Source: an uncultured virus (IMG/VR IMGVR_UViG_3300005098_000001)
Lineage: Duplodnaviria; Heunggongvirae; Uroviricota; Caudoviricetes
Strand: one strand, 5' to 3'
IMG/VR virus record: IMGVR_UViG_3300005098_000001
DNA: 64,000 nucleotides
The notes beneath the pieces were generated by a model. That model did not search any database, was not told the DNA's origin, and saw only the letters and a program-made list of their open reading frames with translations. This document shows, piece by piece, positions 57,138 to 64,000 of the stretch. A program made the position numbers and the translations under genes. Each line of letters begins with the position of its first letter. The first letter of the stretch is position 1.

Positions 57138-57487
57138 ATTGTGATGATGTTGTTCTAGTTAAAGAAGGAGATTTTTATATTGTTTTTTCTGAGTCTATTA
57201 AAGGAAAATTTCAGCTTACTTTAGGGGATATAAAATTTAAGGTTTGTCCTTTAAGTTGGATAACTGATGATAGTTGGTTGTATTTAGAATTATTTCAATT
57301 GTGTAAGATTTTAAATGTTCTTCCAGAAGAGGGAGGTTTATTAGATCAGGATAACAAAACAATAGAAGCTTTTCAAATAATTAATTATGAATTTGAAAAG
57401 GCTAAAGCTAAAGCAACAAAAACTTTAGATTTGAGGACTTATGGAAAAGGATTTAACTTTAAGAATCAGGGCAAAAAATTTAGCTAA
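57038..57487 (+). CDS. -1 frameshift extension of the tail chaperone (gpT-like)
   Basis: A AAA AAC at 57038-57044; the -1 frame is open to 57487 and contains LPEEGGLLDQ. Confidence 0.8.
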   Translation, partial: KKLQAACRWAVSGKQWDCESCSEKERRARNCAIDCDDVVLVKEGDFYIVFSESIKGKFQLTLGDIKFKVCPLSWITDDSWLYLELFQLCKILNVLPEEGGLLDQDNKTIEAFQIINYEFEKAKAKATKTLDLRTYGKGFNFKNQGKKFS

Positions 57488-59801
57488 GGCTGCTTTTGAG
57501 GAGGTTAAAACTGGTTTAAATAGATTAGGAAAAGTTTTAAAATCAGTAGAGTCTCAGGTATTTTCTTTTAAAGGAGCAATTGCTGCTCTAGTTGCTGCTT
57601 TGGGTGCTAGGGAATTAGGTTCTAGTTTACATACTGCGGGTACAGATATTGAGAAATTTAGATCTCAGCTTCAAGCATTATATCAAGGAAACATTGAATT
57701 AGCAGAAAGAGCTTTACAAACTGTTATAGAATTTTCTGAAAAGACACCTTTTTATACTAAAGATGTTGTTGATGCTTTTATTCTTTTAGAAAGTACAGGA
57801 ATAGGTGGTTCTAAAAGACTTCTTACAGTTCTTGGCGATACTGCTTTTATTTTTAACCGAAATATTAGTGACGTAGCTTCTGCTTTGATAAGTATGGAAA
57901 CTGAAGTTTGGAGGAGACTTGGTGTAGTGATTGATAGAACTGGAAAAAAAGCAATACTTACATCTGGTAATGTTAGAATGGAAGTGGATAATAATATAGC
58001 TTCTATCCGTGCAGCACTTGTAGATCTCTTAGAAAAAAGATTTTCTGGAGGAATGAAACAGGCTGAGAAAACCTTTACTGGTATTATGAGAATAATTGGA
58101 TCTATCTGGGACATTTTTCTCTATCAGGTTACTGAATCAGGCCTCTGGGACTATATTAAAGCGGTTTTTCAAACTTTGTTGGATTATATTAATAAATTTA
58201 GAAAAGAAGGTAAATTAGATGAATGGGCTAAAGATATCTCTAAAGCACTAGTATGGTGTTTCCAAAAAGGTGTTGAAGCAATTGGACTTTTTATTAAAAC
58301 TATAGATGTCTTAAAAATGGCTTGGGAAGGAGTTAAAGGTGTAATTGCATTAGCCTTGTCTACAATACTTACAGGAATATCTGGAGTTCTAGAAAGTTTA
58401 GGGAAAGTAGTAGGATTTTTTAAGAAAGATTGGGGAGAAGCACTTCAAAGTGCATCTGAAAGTCTTAGGGATCTTAAAGATAAACTTCTTAGTAGTGCTA
58501 GTGAATCCTTTGCTGCAGTAGATAAAAATTATCAAAAAGTATTAGAACACCATGAGGCTTTTCAAAAATTAGAAAATGAGATCAATGAAAGGTTTAAACA
58601 AAATTTACAGGTTACTCAACAGTTATCAGAGGTTAAGCATTCAGCAGCACAATTAGAATTAAAAGATAGGACAAAGATTGCAGAACAGGAAGAAAAAGAT
58701 AGAAAAAGAAGACTAGAAGAAGAAGAGGAAAGAAAGAAATTTGAGGAAGAAAGGTTAAAGTACTTTGAGAAAATTAAAGAAGAAATGATGTCAAAGTCTG
58801 AACTGTATGCCAAGAAAATGGAAGAAGAAATTGAAAAATATGCAAAGACTGAAGAAGAAAAGGAATTAATAAGACAATACTACTCTCAAAAAGTTGAAGA
58901 AGCAAAACAAAAAGAATTAGAAGAAGAAAGACAGCGTCAAGCTGAACTTCTATCAATAAAACTTACAGGTAATAAAGATTTTATTGATGCAACAAAGGCT
59001 GATTTAGAATATATTGCAAAACTATATGATGACTTTTCTAAACAATATGGTGAAAGTTTAGCAAAACCTATGACTGCTTTCATAGCTGGCATTGATATGG
59101 CTATAAATGAACTTCCAAAAAAGAATGAACTCATTGCAAAGATGGGAAGAGACTTAGTTAATAATTTAGATGAAGGATTTAGAAATTTATTTAAAGGACT
59201 TGTAACTGAAGGGATAGGTGGAGTAAAAGATGCTTGGAAACAATTTTGTAGTACTATGAAGGATACTTTTTTAGATACTTTAGCTGAAATAGCTGCTTCA
59301 CAAACCTTACGACTTTTAAAACATGCAATTATTAAAATATTTGAGGATATACTTAAATCTAAGGCAGTTCAAGGAGTGATAAGTTTATTTGAAAATCTTT
59401 TTCATGTAATTATTCCTGGTTTTGATTTTTTAAAGTTGCCTCAAAGTGTAAGTAGAATGAATATTCCTAATGTTACAAGTGCACCAGTAGTTGGATCAAA
59501 GCTGTATAGGAGAAGACCTGTTCCTGTTAATTATCTTTATGGAGGAAGAAGAGGAGTTCCTTCTGGTGGGATAGCTTATCCTTTAACTCCTTCTCCTGAA
59601 AAAGAACTTACAATTTCTCCTGTTGAAATGACTCCAGAAACTAAAATGGTAAGACCTACAGTGATTAATGTAAATATTGAAGTTAAAACCTGGGATACAG
59701 CTACGATGCAAAAAACAGTTAGAAATCAAATTATTCCTAATATTGTAGAAAATATTAGAAATTATGGTATCTTACATTCAGAGATCAAAAGAGTTGTTTA
59801 A
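57441..59801 (+). CDS. Tape measure protein 1
   Basis: Long helical protein; TPF....V tape-measure domain; C-terminal VINVNI. Confidence 0.85.
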   Translation: MEKDLTLRIRAKNLAKAAFEEVKTGLNRLGKVLKSVESQVFSFKGAIAALVAALGARELGSSLHTAGTDIEKFRSQLQALYQGNIELAERALQTVIEFSEKTPFYTKDVVDAFILLESTGIGGSKRLLTVLGDTAFIFNRNISDVASALISMETEVWRRLGVVIDRTGKKAILTSGNVRMEVDNNIASIRAALVDLLEKRFSGGMKQAEKTFTGIMRIIGSIWDIFLYQVTESGLWDYIKAVFQTLLDYINKFRKEGKLDEWAKDISKALVWCFQKGVEAIGLFIKTIDVLKMAWEGVKGVIALALSTILTGISGVLESLGKVVGFFKKDWGEALQSASESLRDLKDKLLSSASESFAAVDKNYQKVLEHHEAFQKLENEINERFKQNLQVTQQLSEVKHSAAQLELKDRTKIAEQEEKDRKRRLEEEEERKKFEEERLKYFEKIKEEMMSKSELYAKKMEEEIEKYAKTEEEKELIRQYYSQKVEEAKQKELEEERQRQAELLSIKLTGNKDFIDATKADLEYIAKLYDDFSKQYGESLAKPMTAFIAGIDMAINELPKKNELIAKMGRDLVNNLDEGFRNLFKGLVTEGIGGVKDAWKQFCSTMKDTFLDTLAEIAASQTLRLLKHAIIKIFEDILKSKAVQGVISLFENLFHVIIPGFDFLKLPQSVSRMNIPNVTSAPVVGSKLYRRRPVPVNYLYGGRRGVPSGGIAYPLTPSPEKELTISPVEMTPETKMVRPTVINVNIEVKTWDTATMQKTVRNQIIPNIVENIRNYGILHSEIKRVV

Positions 59802-62800
59802 ATGGCAAAAGAATTACTCCTTACTGTAAGAGCAAAAAATCTTGCTTCTCCTGTATTCAGTGAAGTTTCTAGAGAAGTTAAAAAACCTTTTATTCCAAGA
59901 ACTTTAAAGGTTTTAGGTTTAATAGCCCTAGGTTATGAATTTAGAAAATTATTTAATGCTTATCTTAGAACTCAAGCAGAATTAGAAAATTATTTAATCC
60001 AAATACAAATTGCAGAAAATATATCAAAAGAAGAAGCTTATGAAATACTTTCTCAGTTAAAGAGTTTTGCAAGAATACTTCCTTTTGAAACATCAGATAT
60101 AATAAGAGCCTGGATTCTTCTACATTCTGCAGGCTTTCCAGTAACAATTGAACATTTGAAAATAATTGCAGATACTGCTTTTGTATTTAATAGAACTATG
60201 ACAGATGTTGCTTCTGCGATGGTTTCACAAGAGACAAGAGTACTAAGAAATTTAGGTTTGATTATTACTAAAGAACATGATAAATATAGGATAGTTGCTG
60301 GAAAATTACAAAAAGAGATAGATGCTAATAGGATTTCTCTATTTAATGCAATTTTGGAGGCACAAAAACAATATGAAGGGGCTTCAAGCAGAGCTTATTA
60401 TGATGTATCTGGTTTAATAATGATTTTTAGGAGTGAGTGGTGGGAGTTTTTGGCTTTAATAAGAGAAAAAGGTTTGGCTGATTATATATTGGCCGCATTA
60501 TTTACATTAGAGGACTTTATTCTTAAAAAGAAAGAACAAGGAATTTTAAAAGGTTGGGCTGAGAGAATTTCAGAAAGATTAACTTATTATATGGATATAA
60601 TGGTTAAAGCTAGTATTTTATTTTTACAATCTTTAAAGGAAATAATAGGTACCTTTGCTTCTCTTTATGATTACATTGTGAAATTTGGAAATTTTTTGAG
60701 TTCTTTGACTTTACGTGTTAGACCTCCCGAAATAGTAATCGAAAAGAAAACAATTGGGATTGGTAATTTAGAAAAATCAAAAAATAAATGGATTGATGCA
60801 TTAGATAATTTTACTACAGCTTATACACAGTTTTGGAGTGATGTAAATCAAAGATATAGTAAAAATAGAGAAGAAACTAAAAAGACCCTGGAATTAATTA
60901 AGGAAAAAGAGAATTTGGAATTACAGACTAATTTGGACAGATTAAAGCAAGAAGAATTAGAAATACAAAAGAGAAGAGAGAGAATAGAAGAAGAAAAGAA
61001 AAGAGAAGAAGAAAGACGGAAATACTTTGAAAATCTTTTAAAGAAAATGCAAGATTTTTCAGAGGCATTGGTAATTTGTTATGAAAGAGATAGAAAAGTA
61101 TATGCAAAGACTATTGAAGAAGAAGAACAAATTAGAGCATATTATCAACAAAGATGGATTGAAGCAATTAAACATAGATATGATGTTTTAATAGATATGA
61201 TGGATCAGGATAAGCTTTTGACTGAGGAAGCTTATTTAAATTATACAAATGCGTTTTATAAAAATGCTAGAGAATTAAAGGAACTTTTAGATACGTATTA
61301 TAAAAAATTTGGTTCAACCTATGCTCAAGAAATTCAAAAAGCTAAAGTAGATCCAAGAGAAATTATTGGAAGAGCTAATGAATTACTGAGTGAAATTCCT
61401 TTGATTGACCAATACTTTGAATATGATTTGGGAAAAGCCTATTCTTCTATTCCTAAAAAGATTCATGAGTTTTTTACAGCTAAAGGTATTAAAGTTGAAG
61501 GCAAAACTTATCCTGGGTTTTTTGAATATTTCAGAACAGGTTTTATTAATGATGTTAAAGCAACTGCAAAGGAGATTAGAAGTTCTCTTTCATATAGATT
61601 TAATTTAGAAAATTTTAATGTATGGTTTTCTGATGTTTTTACTTCTAGTGCAGTTCAAAGATTTTTTAGTTTGGTTGATACTCTTTTTCATCCTAATGTA
61701 GATAATGTTTTTCTTAGTAAGTACACATCAAGTTTAAAAAGTGCAATAATTCAATCAGCAGAAAAACTTGCTGTTAAATTTATGGCTAAATTATTTGGAG
61801 TTGCAATTTCTGAATTAGGTTGGTTTTTTGCAAGTTTAAATGCACTTAAGTTGGTTAGAGGATTATTCAGTATGTTTGGATTAAAACTTGGACCTGGTGC
61901 GAGTGGGATTGGTCACTTTGGTTGGTTAATGGGGATTACAGTAAATCCAATTTATGGAGGTTTGATTGGGGCTTTTATTGGTACTATAATTGGGGCTGCT
62001 TTAGATGCTTTAGGTTTTTTTAAGGCTGAAAAGACAATTTATCAATTTGCAGGTCCATTTTATAGTATTGCAGTTACTCCTACTGTTCTTTTTAAAGCAG
62101 GAGGAATTGAAACTGCAGTGACAATTGACCACCTTATGATACCCTCACTTGCTGCTCAATTCTCTTTTAGATTAATGGTACTTCAAAAGATTGCAGAAGT
62201 CAAATCTTATGTAAGAGAACAATTAGTTGGAGTTCAAAGTCGTAAACTTGGAGCAACTATATCAATTGCTTATTATAAAGCACTTGCAAATTGTGCAGGC
62301 TGTGAACCTGGGGCCCTTCCTTCTGCTATCTTTGTTTCGAATACTCCGGAAGGAGCAATAGGTAAGATGTATTCTTTTTTAATGGACTTTGCTTATTATT
62401 ATATTGATGAAGCGGCTTTCTGTGATGCTATTTATAAAGTTCTTCCTCCAGAATATGCAGGACCTACTTATTCTGAGTATGCAAAAAGTATGATTGAATC
62501 AATTAGAAGTTCACTTATTACTCCTCGTGAACCAGAAGAAAAATGGAAATGGTGGAAAGAAAGTGTTTATTCAGAATCTACTGGAATAGCAGTAAGAAAA
62601 TTAGAAGAAATAAAGCATAGAATGTATTATACAAGTGAGACCTATTGGACTGAGCATTTAACTCCTGTTTATGGAGAAGGTATTCCCAAAACTTTTACTA
62701 TAAGAACTCCTACAAAGTGGGAAGTAGTGAGAGAAACTGTAGTAGAAAAGAGATTTAGAACAGTAAAAGTTTTGAATTTTATTAAAAAGATGGCTATTAC

Positions 62801-63245
62801 ATATACAGTAGGAGGGGTAGAAAAAACTCGATGGATAGATATTTATAGTGCAAGTTATTATACTTATCCAGAAACAATCGTTAAAACTATAGAGAAAAAA
62901 GTTCCTACTAAATGGGAAGAAAAAGTAATACAATATACAGAAAGAAGAATTAAAGGATATTTGGTAAGAATGGTTCCTAGAGTTTCTTATACTCCTATTA
63001 TTAGTCCTGAAGAACAAGAATTATTAAGTGTAAGTGGTGCATTAGGAGCTTATTTATATCATTTTAGACCTGGAAAGTTTATGACTGTAAGCTATGGAAA
63101 AGAAAGAGAACTTGCTAGACATATTCTACCTGAAGAAATTTTTAATGTTACTATTATTGGAACAGATTTAGAAGGAAATCCAGGACATGAAAAAATCAAT
63201 GAAGCAATTGATGATGCATTTAGGGAGTTAAATAAATGGCTATAA
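59802..63245 (+). CDS. Tape measure protein 2 (paralog with a distinct C-terminus)
   Basis: N-terminal part aligns by eye with TMP1. Confidence 0.8.
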   Translation: MAKELLLTVRAKNLASPVFSEVSREVKKPFIPRTLKVLGLIALGYEFRKLFNAYLRTQAELENYLIQIQIAENISKEEAYEILSQLKSFARILPFETSDIIRAWILLHSAGFPVTIEHLKIIADTAFVFNRTMTDVASAMVSQETRVLRNLGLIITKEHDKYRIVAGKLQKEIDANRISLFNAILEAQKQYEGASSRAYYDVSGLIMIFRSEWWEFLALIREKGLADYILAALFTLEDFILKKKEQGILKGWAERISERLTYYMDIMVKASILFLQSLKEIIGTFASLYDYIVKFGNFLSSLTLRVRPPEIVIEKKTIGIGNLEKSKNKWIDALDNFTTAYTQFWSDVNQRYSKNREETKKTLELIKEKENLELQTNLDRLKQEELEIQKRRERIEEEKKREEERRKYFENLLKKMQDFSEALVICYERDRKVYAKTIEEEEQIRAYYQQRWIEAIKHRYDVLIDMMDQDKLLTEEAYLNYTNAFYKNARELKELLDTYYKKFGSTYAQEIQKAKVDPREIIGRANELLSEIPLIDQYFEYDLGKAYSSIPKKIHEFFTAKGIKVEGKTYPGFFEYFRTGFINDVKATAKEIRSSLSYRFNLENFNVWFSDVFTSSAVQRFFSLVDTLFHPNVDNVFLSKYTSSLKSAIIQSAEKLAVKFMAKLFGVAISELGWFFASLNALKLVRGLFSMFGLKLGPGASGIGHFGWLMGITVNPIYGGLIGAFIGTIIGAALDALGFFKAEKTIYQFAGPFYSIAVTPTVLFKAGGIETAVTIDHLMIPSLAAQFSFRLMVLQKIAEVKSYVREQLVGVQSRKLGATISIAYYKALANCAGCEPGALPSAIFVSNTPEGAIGKMYSFLMDFAYYYIDEAAFCDAIYKVLPPEYAGPTYSEYAKSMIESIRSSLITPREPEEKWKWWKESVYSESTGIAVRKLEEIKHRMYYTSETYWTEHLTPVYGEGIPKTFTIRTPTKWEVVRETVVEKRFRTVKVLNFIKKMAITYTVGGVEKTRWIDIYSASYYTYPETIVKTIEKKVPTKWEEKVIQYTERRIKGYLVRMVPRVSYTPIISPEEQELLSVSGALGAYLYHFRPGKFMTVSYGKERELARHILPEEIFNVTIIGTDLEGNPGHEKINEAIDDAFRELNKWL

Positions 63246-63796
63246 ATTTTTTAGTAGAGTGGGAAGCTAAATGGGATCCTCCAGAAGGTCCTAAACTTTT
63301 ATCGAGAGTTTTAGAGGGGCTTGATGAAAGGATTTTTCAATCTGGTTTTTTAGATAGATTTTGGAAAAAGGTTCATAGGGATATTGCAAAAGCTGTAGAT
63401 AGAAAATTTTCTACTAAGCCAGGTTGGCCTCCTCTTTCACCTAAATATAAACATAAAAAAGAAATTATGGTAAAAAGAGGCTATAAAATTAGAGTAGGAA
63501 CTTTTGGCAGAAAGGTTTGTAAATTTACAGAAATGGGGAAATTGACTGGAGTCATGTATCTTTCAGCAACAAAAAAAAGATATGCTCATATTTTTGAAGT
63601 AATGGATGCTCCAAATTTTAAAAAAGCAAAAATGAAATATGCTATAGATCTTTCTAAGATTCCTTATCCTAAATATTTTGATAAAAAAAGACCTTTTTTC
63701 TATTTGACTGAAACTGAAGCACAAAAAGTAATGAAAGGTTTGCATTATATTTGTTGGAGAGAGATGAGGAAAGTAATTTCTAAAGGAGGACCTTAA
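63236..63796 (+). CDS. Tail completion/virion morphogenesis protein (Mu gpG-like)
   Basis: WPPLSPKY..LTG.M..KRPFF. Confidence 0.65.
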   Translation: MAINFLVEWEAKWDPPEGPKLLSRVLEGLDERIFQSGFLDRFWKKVHRDIAKAVDRKFSTKPGWPPLSPKYKHKKEIMVKRGYKIRVGTFGRKVCKFTEMGKLTGVMYLSATKKRYAHIFEVMDAPNFKKAKMKYAIDLSKIPYPKYFDKKRPFFYLTETEAQKVMKGLHYICWREMRKVISKGGP

Positions 63797-64000
63797 ATGG
63801 ACACAACAGATTATGTTACAGAGGGAATAGGTAAGATATATGATGCTTTGAATTCTAATAAAAGTTTTTTACGTTTTAAAACTCTATTAAAATCAGATGC
63901 TCCTTTTATAACCAGATATCCTGCAATTACTATTGAATTTGATTCTTCTTCTGAGGAGTGGATTAGACTTCCTAAAGTAAAAAGACTTCATCTAACTTAT
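63797..64000 (+). CDS. Probable tail terminator (3' partial)
   Basis: AGGAGG RBS; MDTTDYVTEG..RYPAITIEFDS; open to the end of the window. Confidence 0.5.
   Translation, partial: MDTTDYVTEGIGKIYDALNSNKSFLRFKTLLKSDAPFITRYPAITIEFDSSSEEWIRLPKVKRLHLTY

Noticed and set aside
15654..63745. Numerous short antisense or alternate-frame ORFs inside long genes
   Set aside because: Shadow ORFs lacking RBS or motifs, fully overlapping well-supported genes.
1..64000. tRNA, rRNA, integrase or transposase genes
   Set aside because: None recognised by eye; tRNAscan-SE and HMM searches would be needed to exclude them formally.

Overview
AT-rich tailed dsDNA phage (Caudoviricetes; siphovirus-like, since a tail tube is present and no sheath gene is seen). 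The window holds part of the genome, with no terminase large subunit, integrase, tRNA or CRISPR array. Layout: 1-2.4 kb, end of a tail-fibre/accessory operon (+). 2.4-2.8 kb, purine-rich degenerate repeat tract. 2.9-15.2 kb, small early/accessory and envelope genes (-) with a repeated sigma70-type promoter. 15.3-26.6 kb, Mu-like head module: DUF935 portal, MuF-ART, protease polyprotein, Com-like Zn finger, scaffold, capsid. 26.7-49.4 kb, replication, recombination and nucleotide genes: SF2 helicase, primase, DnaB, DnaE, SSB, RecA, split SbcC/SbcD, plus a probable cytosine hydroxymethylation/glycosylation locus. 49.4-55.5 kb, glycosyltransferase cluster. 55.6-64 kb, tail genes. Most striking observations: (1) a 1177-aa prohead-protease polyprotein carrying nucleotidyltransferase-like, methyltransferase and ATP-dependent ligase domains, coupled to a LigD-type phosphoesterase and sharing a peptide motif with the capsid N-terminus; (2) a DNA hypermodification locus with its own sugar-nucleotide enzymes; (3) two tandem tape-measure paralogs; (4) a gene bracketed by a 15-bp 5'-3' RNA helix. 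All functional calls come from motif recognition by eye, not database searches.
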